64,000 nt of DNA. Source: Lama guanicoe. Lineage: Eukaryota. Below the pieces are notes generated by a model. It was not told where the DNA came from and ran no database searches. It saw only the letters and a program-made list of their open reading frames with translations. The stretch spans positions 6,687,902-6,751,901 of the forward strand of contig MU053652.1 in assembly GCA_013239625.1 (NCBI GenBank), given 5' to 3'. Made by a program: the position numbers and the translations under genes. Below are positions 1 through 13,968 of the stretch, one piece after another. The first letter of the stretch is position 1, and each line of letters starts with the position of its first letter.

Positions 1-2507
1 CAAAACACCAGGGTTAATAAAGTCAGGATGATTCACCTAAAAAGCAATGTGTCCTGTTGTTCAGCTGCAGAAAATGGAGATTGGCAGTTTCATTACTTAC
101 CTTAGAAATTCTCTTACTTTCAGAAAACCAATTAATTTTTGTCATTGTTTGGTCTAAATTATACTTACTTCTCGCCTAAAGAAGTTACACAGTAAGACCT
201 CTTGTAGACAGATAAATTACTACAGTTTCTAGGTAGGGATTGATCTGCTTTTTTGGTTTCTCTCAGAAAATGCTGCTTGTTTTATTCTGGCCTCTGGTTT
301 TTAGATATGTTTAAGACATATTTACAAACATCTGTATCTACATGATATTCTTCTACAAAACATCAGCAGATCTCTTAGTGAAGGTCAGTTCCTGATCAAG
401 AATTGGAGGATTTTATAACTATTTCTGAGACATCTTGCCAAGGATTAAAAGTAGGATTTAAAAAAAAAGAAAAAAAGGCCAACTTCTCAAAGGTTTTGCA
501 CAGAAAATAAACCTGTGGCATGTGCAACTTCAAGCTCAGTCAGAATGATACAGTTAATTACTTATTGAATGAAAAAACTGAATATACACCATCCTTTACT
601 TCAGCATGTAATCTACTCTACTTGATTCACTTTACCTAACTAATGAAAGGATTCTGTTGTTATTTGCAATGCATGTGTAAGTTGAAAGAATATGGTAGAT
701 TCAGGATCTCATAATATCCAAGATAAATGGACAATTATTTTGTACCATAATTTAAATCCCCATCAACACAAAATTTCTTAATTAAGGCAATCATTAAATA
801 ACCATAACCATAACAAAACAAGTAATAAAAAGAATTGTAGCTGAGCAATCCATGGTAGTAACAGAATTTGTAAGAGAATGCATACTAAATAAGTCTAAAC
901 TATTTTGTAAGATATAGTTCATTATAATCCAAGTGTTCTCCAATAATAAAATAGAATTGAGGAAAGATCTTCATGAAGTTCCAATTTTAGAGACTAATAA
1001 TGCATGTTTTGAAATACTTTTATTTATTCCTAACTGCCACTGTTTCAAGACTGGAGTATACACATATTTTAGGGTACTCTGAGTCCTAATTTTAAAAGAA
1101 ATATTAAAACTCATTATGCTAAGTGAAATCAGAGTTGAGAGTTATTTGGGAGTTGTAGTGCTGTAGAACAATGGGTCCACCTTCCCTGAAAGGTCACTGT
1201 TGACCTTCAGTACAGGGATAAGCCTTCAAGTCTAGGTAAAATAGTCCTTCCCCTAAGTAGTAACTTTAGTGCTTCTGGGGATGCAAACAGCAAAATGTAA
1301 AACCAAATGCTTCAAGCTGTCAGGTCTGATGTAAAGCTTTGGAATTCCTAACTCAAAGTAACTTCTTTTTTTCCCTTCTCATAAATTCTCCTCTGAGATA
1401 CGACCCTTTCTTCTATTCCCTTAATAAAGTAAAGCTCATTTTGTTTGTTCATATAAAGTAGAAACGTTTGACCCATCAGGAAAGAGCTGTTCATATTAGA
1501 GTTTACCCTCCCTCACCATTGCTAAGGAAGTCCTTGAACTTAAAAACACAAGGCCTATGTATTTTCTGGACTGCAAGGAGCGTTATCATTTCCTTCATGA
1601 TGAATCAACTTTCCTCTCTCAACAGAATGGAAGAGGGAGTTTCTGGTCACATATATATTAAAAAAAGCCAATTAACATCCATAAACTGAGTTCTGAGAAA
1701 ATTATCACACCAGTTAAATTTTTTTTTCTGTCAAGACTTAGATTGATCAATCAACCCAAAATAAAGATAGCTATAAAACAAAGGGTAAAATAGTCAAGGG
1801 AGTTGATGAAAGTTGAGGAGAAATCCTGGGTTACTAAATCAGCCAATAATATATTGACATTCAATATGCATTCCATAAATTAGCAGAATTTTTATTTCAT
1901 AAAAATGCACGTGGAAAAATTAGTTGTAATGCAAACATAATATAGGTTAAAATGTATACAGAAGAAAGATATTGGATCAGTTTGAATTAAAGTCATTTCC
2001 TGAGATGTAGCAAAAGAAACTAGATTTTCTAAGCCAAAGTGCCATGGGCAAAAAAAGTTCCAATAATTGAAAAGGGAAGATAGTACATTGGGTTTAATCA
2101 GTATTGAAAGTAAAGAAGGTTATGAATTGGGCTTTTTAACTCACACAGAAAGTAATTTTAGTAGCTAAAGCATCCTAAAAGACAAAGGAAAATGATCTAT
2201 GTGGAAATCTAAGAGAGAACAAATATTGAGAGTTATTTAAGCAATGTCTAGCGAAACCAAGGCAAACTGTGATATGTGAACCTGTAAACTAGATTTTGGT
2301 AATAGAGAAACAGCCATAACATCCATCATGGGATTTAGAATACAACCAAAAAGGAAGCCTTTTGATTAAAGGTAATTCTTTCTCTCTCTGTCTCATCTGG
2401 ATTCCAACTGTTTGCAAATCTCATATGAACACAAAACTCTCTTCTCCTGTCTTTTCATTCTTCTTTGCTCCTGTTTTGCTTTTTAAAAATATTTTCAGCT
2501 CAGCTTT

Positions 2508-2535
2508 ACAACAACAACAACAACAACAACAACAA
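2508..2535. repeat. (CAA)n microsatellite
   Basis: Pure caa tandem array; it explains the poly-Q in the ORF-track entry 2362..2544. Confidence 0.95.
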
Positions 2536-2979
2536 AATACTTGATTTCATAAAGCCTTTAAGGAATTTTTGAAATGTAAAAACTGCCATCAAAGTGAATA
2601 ATCAAGCAGGCTCTTAAAGACTATTCAAACTCAATAAATTAGATTCAGTTATCAAAAATGAATCAACTTTTGCATTCTGCTCAGGATACAGAGAACTGGA
2701 AAGAACATTACTCCTTTGCCTTACAATAGTACCAAAAATCTGGAAAGCCTATAAGTTCCCGGCTCCTCTTGAACTAATCAGAGAGCTGAAGTCACAGGGC
2801 AATCAGCTATTTAGAAATCTAGTGAGGGATGGACTCCTGCAGGGAAAGATGGAACACAAGCCCTTGCTTACCAGACACAGACAGAATCATCTACAAGAGT
2901 TAATGAGTTAGTGGAGGCTGAGTGTGGACTGGCAAGAGAGCAAGGGAGTGTAAGAAGATAGAGTAAGGGGTCCCTGGAG

Positions 2980-3496
2980 TAGGAGGCAAGGCTTTCTTGA
3001 CAGAAGAGAATCCATTTTTGGCCTAAGCCATTTTGTGATCTAAGCCTGGCCACAATGCTTAAATGAGTCTCAGTGATCAATGATCTTAAGGGAATAAAAG
3101 AATGCAGAAACAGCTGTTTTTTGGCAAGAGAAGCAACAATAGTAAAGATAATGTAACAGTTGTAAAGACATCCACTTCTGTTTCAATGGTAAAAATTAGC
3201 CTGAAGTGCTCAACCGCCAGATCGACTGGAACCCAAGGGATGATGATGTTGACATTTTCTGACTCTCACGACCTCAATCAACTAAAGCCTGGACTACCCC
3301 CTCATGAATATGCCTGTACCCTTAGCTTAAAACATCCCCACTTTTCCTATCTGGGGAGACACTGCTTTGGGGAAGATCCTGGTGTTCTCCTTACTTGCTG
3401 CAAGTAATAGCAAATCCTTCCTTCTCCTGGTCTTTGGCTCGGTTGTGTCTTTTGGCTTGACATCCACCAAGAGGTGAACCTGGTCTTCAGATAACA
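2980..3496 (+). mobile_element. Solo ERV1-class LTR inserted in the old L1 5'UTR
   Basis: Ends ...ataaCA; 4-bp duplication ggag at 2976-2979 and 3497-3500; polyA-like gtaata followed by a U5-like segment. Confidence 0.75.
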
Positions 3497-3567
3497 GGAG
3501 GGTCACAGAATAGGGAGACTTTAAGCTCTCTTGTAGGCTCTTCCCCTCTACTCCACTCTACAACCAC

Positions 3568-3690
3568 AAAAAAAGAAGAAGAAAATGAGGAAGAAGGAGG
3601 AGGAGAGAAAGGGGAAATGGAGGGTGAGCAAGAAGGAGAAAAGAAGGAGAAAAAGAAGCCAAGGACAACAAAGATGGAGAAGACTGGGGA
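3568..3690. repeat. GA-rich low-complexity tract
   Basis: Runs of gaa/gag/gga. Confidence 0.85.
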
Positions 3691-4984
3691 GATCCCTGAA
3701 AAAGTCTCTCTCCTGATGTGGCATGGGGGAGGAGAACACGGGTCTGTAAAGGAGGGATGGGAAACCTTTTCCTCATTTCCACTGCACAACTAAAGCTTAA
3801 TCTATGGAAGGAAAAGCAACAAACACACCACCCTGAGGACACTGGGGAAACCCACTTTAGATAGGGTAACAGAAAAGAAAATAGAAGCAGGAATATATTC
3901 TGAATGCAGAACTAGGAGTGAAGTGCTACAGGGTCAACAAGAAGGTTACAGCCCTGGGACCCAGGGACACAGCATCTATCCGAGACTGAGGCTTCAGAGG
4001 AAACACAGAGATGCTCCGCTGGCCCCCACCAGCAGGCCAACAAGTGTCTCATAAGATGTGAACAGTGGGAAAACGCCAGGAGAGTCACAAGAGTGAAGAC
4101 AGACCCAAATGAGGCAAAGCATAAGGGAAGGCCTAGGCTGACAGTGGAGCAGACACAGACTTTAAAGAAAAACCCTTGTAGAGCCAGCCAAGACCACAAC
4201 AAAGTATGAAAGGAATGAGGTGAAGTCTGAGGTGCACTCACAGTAACCACGACAACAAACCTAAGCCCGACACAACTTCTGACAAGATGAATTTAAACCC
4301 CACACTAAAGGCCTAGCAGAAGAAAACCCATTTCCAGGCATAAGCACATTACTCCCTTCTCCATTGTTTTACATAAGAGGTATGGCTTTCAACAAAAGGA
4401 AGTATGACATATCTCAAAAGGAAAGGGGGGGTGGGGACACGTCTAAGAAATTAAAAAAATGAACAAAATCAGATTCAGATATGACATAGAAGTCAAATCC
4501 AACTCACAGGAGATTGAAAATAACTGTGATTAGTCTGCAAAAGGCTCTAATGGAAAAGGCAGAGAACATGCAAGATTAGATAAGTAATTTTAGCAGAAAT
4601 TTTAAAAAACATGAAAAACAATCAAATGCTAGAAGTGAGAAAACAAAATAACAGAGATGAAGAATGCCTTTAAAAGACTCAGCATCAAGTCTGATACACC
4701 TGAGGGAAGAATCGGCAAATCTCATTATTAATAGAAATTACCCAAACTGAAACACTAAGAGACAAAAGAGTTGATTAAAAAACAACAGAGCATGAAGCGC
4801 TGTGGTCCAATATCAGGTGGTCTAATATGTATAATGGATACCCAGAGAAGAGAGAAAAATATGGTAGAATAAATATTTTAATTAATACTGGCTTAGAATA
4901 TTTTAAATTAATAACACACCAAACACAGATGCAAAATGCTCAGAAGACATGAAGAAGAATAAATAAAGATGAAATAATATTTAG

Positions 4985-7110
4985 GATTTGCAGTTTCAGC
5001 TCTGACATCTGCAGAACTTAGATGTCACTCCCTTTCCTATAGCAAGAAAATGTTCAAAGAACTGGAAATCAGTAACTTTTTTTAGACACATCAGAGAAGG
5101 AAGGTTGCAGAGCAAACTGTCCCCCTGACACCCGGAAAGGCAGGCCAGTCCACAGAGCAACAGCTGAGATTTACTTACTTGGAGAAGAAGGCACAGCTGC
5201 CATAAACTGATAAAACCATTTCAGCGGTAATCCTGATGGACTGTGGGCGGCTGAGTGTATCCCAGTGTGAGAATGAGAAACTCCTGGGGGTTGTGCTCTT
5301 GGGGTAAATTTAAATAAAACTTTCATGGTTTTTACCTCCTGGATCTGCATTAGGTTCTGAAGGTGAGAATTCAAGAAAGATCCCCGTGTGTCTCTGGCTA
5401 TGTGAGAAGAGGGATCACTGTGAAGCATATCCCAGAACAGAGGCCTGCTCTCCAAGGAAAAAGATTTTACCTGAGCCTTATCCAGCTGGAAGGACACCCA
5501 TCCCACTCCAGCTCCCTCCTGCACTCTTGTCTCACTTCAAGTGAATGTGCAAGAGGGAAGCTGTACCACTGGGAAACACCTGTGAAGGTCACAGCCCCAA
5601 GTGATTCATTCACTAAAAAGGCTGAACTTTAATCATAATATATTATAGAACACCTCTCTTCCTCCACACCTACTTAGGGAGACCCAAACTTAAGAAAGGA
5701 GACCAAAACAACAGCAACAACAACAAAAACCACACAAAGAAACATTAGATGAATTTGAAGCCTGGTGTCTACACCTAGAGCAAATACTAAACACAGCCAA
5801 CTTCCAGTCAGATTAGCATTGCCTGATACTATGTATCTGTCTGTCAAGTAAAAGTGAAAAGGCATGCCAAAAGTCAAGTAAAAAATACAGTCTAAAGATG
5901 CAAATCTAGCATTAAAATCAGGCTCAGATATAACACAGATGTTGAGAGTTCAGAGAAGCTGTGATTAGTATATTATGAACTATAATGGGAAAAGCTAAAC
6001 AACATATAAGCAGAGACAAAGAAACTCCAAGATAAAGAACAAAAACTAAAAAACAGAAATAGAAAAAATACAGAAATAAAAATATAAATAAAACACACTG
6101 AGTTTATCAGTAGACTGGACACGGCTAAGCAAAGAATCTATGACCTTGAAGATGAGTCAACAGAAACCTCTCAAATTTAAATGCAAAGAGAAAAAAAATT
6201 AAACACACACACATGCACTAGAGAACAGAACATCTAAGAAATATGGGACAATTTTAAAAGGTTCACCTGAAATGAAATTGGAACACAGGAAGAATAAAAT
6301 AATGGAGCAGAAGAAATATACAAAGTAAGAATGACCAAGAATTTCCAAAATTAATAACAGAGATCGCAAACCACAGATTTAGAAAGCTCAGAGAATAAGA
6401 ATACCAAGGATTTAAAAAAAAAAAGGAAACCTACATTCAGGTATATCATATTCAAACTGCAAAAAACCAAAGACAGAAAATCATGAAAAGAAGCCAGAGG
6501 AGGAAACAAAATATCTTACTTAATAGAAGAAAAAGGGTAATGTTTACAACAGCGTTTTCATCAAAATCCAGACAAGCAAGAAGAGAGTGAAGTGAAATAT
6601 CTACTGTATTGGGAAAAAAAGAAACAAAAAAACAAAAAACCTCTAACTTAGAATTCTGTCTAGTGAAACTATCCTTTAACAATGAAGGTGATACAAGAAC
6701 TTCCCCAAATTAAAAAAAAAAAAAAAAAAGGAGAGAGAGAACAAATTCGTGATCAGCAGACCTGATCTACAAGAAATGATAAAAGAAGTCCTTTGGGCAG
6801 GAGAGAAATGATATAGATCAGAAATTCAGATCTTTAGAGTCTACTTGAGAGAAGCCTAAGAGGACAAGACAGGTAAATGTAACATGATCGGCTGGGTGGG
6901 ATCCTGGAAGGAAAAAATGACATTACGTACAAACTAAGGAAATCTGAATGGATTGTGGGCCTTAGACAATGATAATGCATTAATATTTGTTTGTTGACAG
7001 CAACTCTTGTACTATACTGATGTACTGTATTCATAATAGGGAAAAATGCGTGTGGGATATATGGAAACTCTTTAATTTTCCTGTAAATCTAAGAATGTTC
7101 TAAAATTTTT
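4985..7110 (+). mobile_element. Nested ancient L1: 5'UTR + degraded ORF1 followed directly by an L1MC/MD-type 3' end
   Basis: ORF1 remnants (catattcaaactgcaaaaaaccaaagac, agaattctgtctagtgaaactatcctt, gaagtcctttgggcag) then 3'UTR motifs (gggatcctggaag, aactaaggaaatctgaat, ctgtaaatctaa). Confidence 0.7.
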
Positions 7111-7124
7111 TAAAGGTTTTTTTT

Positions 7125-7420
7125 AATCAAACAATAGCCCCTTAGCACATCATATTCAAAATGTAGCACACAAAATACAAAGAGAAAATCTTGAAAGCAG
7201 CCCAAGAAAATGACACATTACATAAAAACGAACAAAGATGTGAACTACAGGCTTTTCATTAGAAACCATGTGAGCGTGAAGACGTAGAGTGATGACTTAA
7301 AAAGTTAAAATACTGAAATAGACACACATGTACATACACACAGGTGCACACAGATACACACACACAACTGTCAAGCCAAAATTCTACAACCACCAAAATA
7401 ATTTTTAAACTTAAAGGACA
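7125..7420 (+). mobile_element. Continuation of the outer ancient L1 ORF1
   Basis: cacatcatattcaaa...agagaaaatcttgaaagcagc encodes an HIIFK...EKILKAA-like motif. Confidence 0.65.
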
Positions 7421-8329
7421 GTTTTCAGGTCTGGTTAAAATGGAATCATCACTCTGCTGCTCTAGCTCTAAATTTTCTACTGACTACAAGTAAAATCCTG
7501 GGAAGAAGTAAAGAGCTATTTGTTTAGGCTCTGAAAAACACGTAATAGCAGGTGGATTGAAAGGGAACTCAAAAGCCAAATAATAGCTGATACGGTGATA
7601 GTTATCTTTTATGTGGATGACATCTCTCATACATTCAGGTTTAGACTCTATGATGCCTGCTATCCCAGAACCGTGCAGTGAGCACAGACAAGAAGTCTTC
7701 AAGACAAATCCTCTTTTTTTTTTTTTTTGATGGAAGTCCACAAGGGAGATTGTGGGGGTAATCCTCTTTTATACTTGTTTTTACCCTCTTGGCCCTAGTC
7801 AAGTTACAGCAATGAGGCTTGACTCTGAGATCAGCAGAAGACAAAAAGGTATCTAAAATTATAAGAGAAAATCCCTCTATGTGGCCAGAGGAACTGTGCT
7901 AAATTCACTAAAGTTTCTCAAATCTAAATTTATCATATTCTTGAACACCTCCATAACTTTCCTCAACCGGGAATCAGCTTATTTCCTTTTCACCTGGTTG
8001 GCTACTTGGATAAAAGGAAAAATACATTCCATGATATCATCACTTGACTTGAAAAGGATTCTTTCAGCACCTTGTAAAGTTTTGAATCAAACTTGTTATA
8101 AATGTCCTTTTAATGTCCACTGCCCCTATTACATACAGAATAAAAAGATTAGTAAGAGACAATGCCTAATTTCAAGGAGCTTGTATTCATTTGGGGGGCA
8201 TGTTAAAATACCTAAACACATGGTATTTGTGAGGACACAGCATACTTCAGAGTGCTACTGCTTTCTCTACCAAGTTTTATGTAACCTAACTTCTTCATCT
8301 CTTAAAAGCAAACTTCCCTTCAACAAGTC

Positions 8330-8962
8330 TGTGTCAATATCCTCTCAAGTGACCACCCAAACTTATCTCGTCTCCCTCTAATGCATTATCAACACTGCTG
8401 GCAGATGGAAGTTTCTAAAATATAGATTGGATTCTATAACCTTCCAGCTTAAAAGCTTTCAGTGGCACCATGTCGTCTACGGGATAAAATTCAAACTTGG
8501 TGACACTGCCTTCAAGGCCTGTTAAAATCCGATTCTAAATTACCTTTCATGCTTTATCGCCTACAAATCCTACTTTCGTTCTAGCAATAAGAAGTCATAT
8601 CACTCTTCGAACCTACCATGGCTTCTAACATCTCTTGCTTCTGCATGTCATTCTTTTTTCTTAAATACCATTTCCACTTGGAGAATCAATACTAACAAAA
8701 CTACATTTTCCTCTCAAGTTTTCCTTAACTTTCCTCTCCCTGATATCAGTACTCATTACTCTATAACGACAAATACCTACTAAATACTTAAACAATAGCA
8801 CTGTTATGTTGTATTTTCATTTTAGAACACATATAAGACTGGAAATTGCTCAAATGCAGACTATGTTTATTCATCTTTGTGCTTCCAAGGGATTAAAAAC
8901 ACAGAATAGTTTATAGGGAATTAAAACATGCTTGTGAAATAAAGAAATGAAAAAAAATGAAT
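8330..8962 (+). mobile_element. L2 LINE 3' fragment
   Basis: acactgctggcagatggaagtttctaaaa...gcttaaaagctttcagtggc...gataaaattcaaact; ends in a gaaatgaa-type tail. Confidence 0.7.
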
Positions 8963-9149
8963 ATACACATTCATACACACATACACACTTTCATCTATAT
9001 TGATATTTTATGTTGAAATGTATTGCTCACCCATATTATACACACACACACAAATATGTATTATGCATACAAATGAGTGTATTGTATGTATGTGCCCAGT
9101 TTAAATAATCAGAATCCTCATGTATGCCTCATGGGTACTTTGGTTTAAA

Positions 9150-10940
9150 AAATGTTACATGGCATATCATGGTATAAATCTGATACTAAACACTTGAGTG
9201 GTGGTATTACTGGCAAAGGCACTGGGGTAGGAAGGTAAAATGCATACCTGGAATAGAAGCCAATTCCAATAAGGATGGACTACTGTCCCCAGTGTAGCCA
9301 AGATTGATGTAATTAATCTAGGACCAAGTGGTTGACTGGTCCCATTAGTACTTAGCTCTTCTGATCTCTCCATGTTCCTCTCAGATGTGGGCAGGTTGAG
9401 CATTCAGCAGTGGCAGTAGCTAGATCTGATACAGAGAAAGAGAAACACTGCTGTTAGACTACCCTCTTCATGGGCTCATTACTCAAGAAATGGGGTGGCT
9501 AAGAACAAATTCTGGCTAATATCCTTAACAATTGTCCTTTTATCTCTCCTGTTGTTAAGGGCCTCCTCTAGGTTGGACATTTATAGGTAGTTAATAACGC
9601 AAGACACAGATTCTCATGCTTTTTGCCCACACTCATGATCCATCCATGTGCTTCTTCTGTAAAGACTCATTGTTTCCTCACTGCACCCCAATGCTGGTCT
9701 TTGCAGGCCCTGTACCAACCAGCCCAGCCACTTGTGACTGCTCAAGTGTCTGTGAATACAAAAGCATACTACATCTAACTACATGTTGCTCACAGCTATT
9801 CACACCGGAACTTTCTCCCTAACATTGTAGTTAGGGCCATCTTTGAGTTTGTGGCATGGTGAAAGTTCAGTTTGGTTTGCAGAAACACATCAAGTTAGTT
9901 TCCTCACTAAGGAAACCTCCATGAAGCCACAGGTATGAGCTAAGACAGAAGCACTGCTCCTAGGGAGTAAGTGAAACAATTTATACTTCTTCATGTAAAT
10001 TACAGTTGCTTTTGAGCCTACTAAGACCCAAATCTAAATACACCATTTCAGATATACACTGAATTATATTCCACATGTTTTACCCCACTGGTGGAGATCC
10101 ACTCTGGTTGCACAGTCAGTAGATGTTCTACATGCAGGCATTTAATTCCTACTGGGTTCTGTAGAAAATAAGGATCTGGTTTTTAGAGAGCATATAGTCC
10201 TGTGGTGCAGATGCCATGACCTTGTGATACATGCAGTAACTTTATCTAATCTTGATACTTCTGACAGCACTGAATTTAAGAGTCATGTGGCCCAAGCAGT
10301 AGGTCAGTTTGCACTGCCTAGAACAGTAGTTCCAAGTGTGAAAGACTAAGTCCTGTGGCTCTATCTTAGGGATAGCATGTGTGAGGAATAACAATTTGCC
10401 TATTTCAGAAAGTAAATCCTCATTAATGTGGCAGGCCTATAATTTCCTAGGAGTTTATTTACCACTTCTGGGATAACATGTGACTTAGCTGGAGTATCCA
10501 GAAAACCTGTTGAACACCAGGTATAATTAGAATAATGAAATCAATCTGGTGAACCATTGTGATGGCCCATAAAATCATAACAGATGCTCAAAGCCTCAGA
10601 AGAATATAATGTAGTATGAGCAAGAGTTACCATAGCCCTGGTACAAAACTAGGAATGAATATTCATCCCCTTCCCTCGATAAAATGTATTACTTTGATAC
10701 TCTATTAATGGAGGTTGAGGAAAATGCATCTTCCACATCAAAAGTGATATCCAAGTACCAGAATTTATGTTCTTTTCTAGAAACACATCCAGCAAAACAC
10801 TTTCAAAAGTGGTATCACTATTTGTTGACAGTAATCCACTATCACCTAGTATAGTTCATCTATGTTTGGAAAGGGCCACAGAGGTAGGCTGAATGGAGGA
10901 TGCTACTGGTGAATTTCTTTGGTCTTTCCTTCTGTAATAG
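9150..10940 (-). mobile_element. Degraded ERVL internal pol (RT to integrase)
   Basis: Minus strand gives RT remnants (DAFSS, VLYQGYGNS, ITMVHQIDFII resembling ITLVHYIDDI) near 10.5-10.75 kb and integrase remnants resembling TGIDTYSGYGFAFP near 9230-9290; many stops and frameshifts. Confidence 0.75.
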
Positions 10941-11039
10941 CTTTCCCTCTGCAGGTCAGGAACTAGAGTCTAAACATATCAATCCTAGTATTGCATTTTT
11001 TGAAGAATATTTTTTAGCCTTGATTCGATATACTTCATC

Positions 11040-11290
11040 ATTGCTTTTATTTTATATTCGATCCTTTAACAAAGCATTTGTTTATTTAATTCCTAGACAG
11101 CTGTATTGTAATGTAACAGGCACAATAAAACGCACCCACTCTAAGTGTGCAATTCAATTTTTTTGGTATATTTACAGAGACTTCCATTGAACAAGTATTC
11201 TCATCTCCAGACCCAGCCAAACATTAACCTTTATTTGTCTCTCTATATTTGATTTTTATGTATAATATACTTATTCCATGTTTTTATAAT
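11040..11290 (-). mobile_element. Old L1 3' end fragment
   Basis: aataaaacgcacccactctaagtgtgcaattca resembles the reverse complement of L1M 3' termini. Confidence 0.5.
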
Positions 11291-12717
11291 AAGGACTTAC
11301 TTTAATGAAGATTTTTTTCCAAATTTAGACTCATAATTTAAAACATTCATATAAGTCCCTAATTTTGTCCATCAAGTGCAGAACTGAGCATCAAGACTCC
11401 ATGGAAACTTCAAGGATGTAGAAGTACTATAAGGTCTCATTACAAATGAATTAAACCAAGGAAGAGTTCTCCCAATGTAGTTCATGGCGTGACACCTCAG
11501 GACGGTGCTTTAGAAACTTTACCGTGTGCTTGTTTTGTCACCAGTTATATACTATGTTGCTTTGATAATGAGTGCTAAACTCAGAAGTACTCAACTGTTA
11601 TTTTCTTCCCCATCGATTTTTTAATCTCAAAGTGACCCGGTCTGATGTATGCCTATACTCGTTATACAAGGTTCCCAATATATCCTAGCAGGCAATACTA
11701 AAGGTAATAAAAGTTGCAAGTCATCTATCTTAAACTACCTGGATAATGAAAGCTCATTTCAGCGAGCTGAATAGATAAGATATCGATTCTGGTGAAAGAC
11801 AATGTATGCTCAACTCATGGTCTGGTAATAGAAGGAATGGAATTAGAGAGGCTGGCTGTCACCACAAATAACCTGAATCTCCTCATGAACTAAGATGGTT
11901 TCTAAATGTGTAAAAGTTTCAACCTGGAGGAACTTAAAAAATATAGCACTACCAACAGAAGCAGAATGAATGTAGAAGAGGATTTCATTATTTAATTATG
12001 ATCCAGATACTTGATGTAGGTCTTCAATTAAGATTAGCCCAAGTCACTATTCTCATCACATATTAAACTGAGGAAACTTTTCTTTCTTCATTATTTTGTT
12101 ACGGAGAAGTTGGTTATTTGTCTGTCTTATGTGTTTTATTTTATTGCCTTATGTCCCCTAAGTGTTAGGGACCCAGTATTGAATAATGAATGAAGCAGGA
12201 AAAAAAACACCTGAGTTTCTAGAACTTATATTCAAGTGGAAGAGCCAAAAATCAACTAAGAAGCTAAATGTACAATATGATTCCTGGTAGTAAAACTAAA
12301 ATGCTGCAGAGGAATATTAACAGTGTTAAGGTGAGAGTTTTAGGAAAGTAGTGATTTTTTTGGATAGGGTTGGCAGGTAAAGCCTGTATGAAGATGATAT
12401 TTGAACAGAGAATTATGTGAGGTAAAATCCAGCCACAAGAATGTTTGGGAATGAGCTTTCTAACCTAAGGGTAAATCAGGTGTAAATCTTCAGAAGGAAA
12501 TATGATAAGCATATTCTGCAGGGGAAGGGTGTGTGTTGGGGGAAGGGGGGAGTCCAGGATATCTGAATGAAAACATGAGAAGTGAGACATGAGGTTGCAG
12601 AGTTGTCCAGGTCAGCTAGGTCCTTATGGACAACCTTGAAAAGTACACTGGATATTTTTCTAAATATGGCTGAGACACCATGCAGAGATCTTGAGTAGAA
12701 AAATGATTGTCATTTTT

Positions 12718-13257
12718 TATTTCATTTTTTAATGTTTATTGAAGTACAGTCGATTGACAACGTTGTGTTAGTTTCAGGTGTACAGCAAAGTGATTCAGTT
12801 ATAAATATATGTGTATGTATGTGTATACATATATATTTTTTCAGAGTCTTTTCCATTATAGGTTATTACAAGAATTGAATATAGTTCTCTGTGCTATACA
12901 GTAGGTCCTTGTTGTTAATCTGTTTTATATATAGTAGGGTGTATAGGTTAATCCTAGACTCCTAATTTATCCCCACCCCCCATCCCCCACCCCCAGCTTC
13001 CCCTTTGGTAACCATAAATTTGTTTTCTATGTCTGTGAGTCTATTTGTTTTGTAAATAAGTTCATTTGTATCATTGTTTCAGATTCCACATATAAGTGAA
13101 ATCATATGATATCTTTCTTTAACTGATTTATTTCACTTAGTATGATAATCCTCATTGGTCCATCCATGTTGCTGCAAATGGCATTATTTCATTCTTTTTT
13201 ATGGCTCAGTAATATTCCATTGTGTAATACACACACACACTCCTTCTGTCTGTAAAG
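12718..13257 (-). mobile_element. 5'-truncated cetartiodactyl-type L1 3' end with TSD
   Basis: Poly-T then ttgaagtacagtcgattgacaacgttgtgttagtttcaggtgtacagcaaagtgattcag; TSD aatga(t/c)tgtcattttt at 12702-12717 and 13258-13273. Confidence 0.9.
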
Positions 13258-13753
13258 AATGACTGTCATTTTTAAAAGCAACTATCTGCTGCCAAATTGG
13301 GGAAAAAAGGAATCAGAAAGATTAGCTGACAGAGTTCTGGACTAGTTCAAATGAGATAAAAATGGCTCAGATTAGAATTTCAGTGATTACAGTTGAGATA
13401 ATATGTCATATTTAGTGACTAACTCAAAGATAAAGTATAAAGAGTTTCCTAATATATTGGATATACTATTTATGAGAAGAGTCAGAAATGATTACATTTA
13501 GAACAAATAACTCAGGGAATGGCAGTCCCACAGACTTTGAAAAGACTAGGCAATGAAAAAGATTCATGGAGATACTGTGGGAATTAAAACTTTGGACTTG
13601 GATATGTTAAATCTGAAATGCATATTAGATATCTAGAAAAAAACAGATGTACTGAGAAATGGAATAGTGACCAGACAGTGGAGAGTAAGGATGAGTTTCT
13701 AAGTAAATATCTGTGTGTCACTGGCATACAGGATTTTTAAAACCATGGGTCTG

Positions 13754-13968
13754 CAATGGAAGCAACCTAAACGTCCATCAACAGACGAATGGATAAAAAA
13801 GATGTTTGTTTATATATATAATACACATATAACTATATATATATGAAATATATATATATATAACTATATACATATGAAATATATATATATAACTGAATCA
13901 TTTTGCCATACACCTAAAAGAGAACATTGTAAATTGACTATACTTCAAATAAACAAGCAAACAAAAAA
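13754..13968 (+). mobile_element. Short L1 copy: late-ORF2 piece fused through a (TA)n tract to the extreme 3' end, with TSD
   Basis: atggaagcaacctaaacgtccatcaacagacgaatggataaa (WKQPKxPSTDEWIK), then TA repeats, then taactgaatcattttgccatacacc...aataaa; TSD atgggtctg at 13745-13753 and 13969-13977. Confidence 0.85.

Larger units (their letters stand above)
2670..4980 (+). mobile_element. Ancient L1 (L1M-type) 5'UTR and degraded ORF1, first part; interrupted by an LTR and by a nested L1
   Basis: A-rich ORF1-like remnants (atgaagaatgcctttaa, gaaattacccaaactgaa, ggtctaatatgtataatgga, atgcaaaatgctcagaagaca); ORF1 resumes at ~7125. Confidence 0.7.

Noticed and set aside
1..175. Minus-strand exon pair reading ARSKYNLDQTMTKINWFSESKRISK | VNHPDFINPGVL
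   Set aside because: The implied intron (37-100) is only 64 nt, unusually short for a mammal, and I do not recognise the peptide. The donor AAG|gtaagt at 101 is good, so a single exon cannot be excluded.
1598..1696. ATGATGA...CTGA resembling a C/D box snoRNA
   Set aside because: Terminal stem of only ~3 bp, no recognisable rRNA guide, and no supported plus-strand host intron here
2362..2544. ORF ending in poly-Q
   Set aside because: Artefact of the (CAA)n microsatellite; non-ATG start
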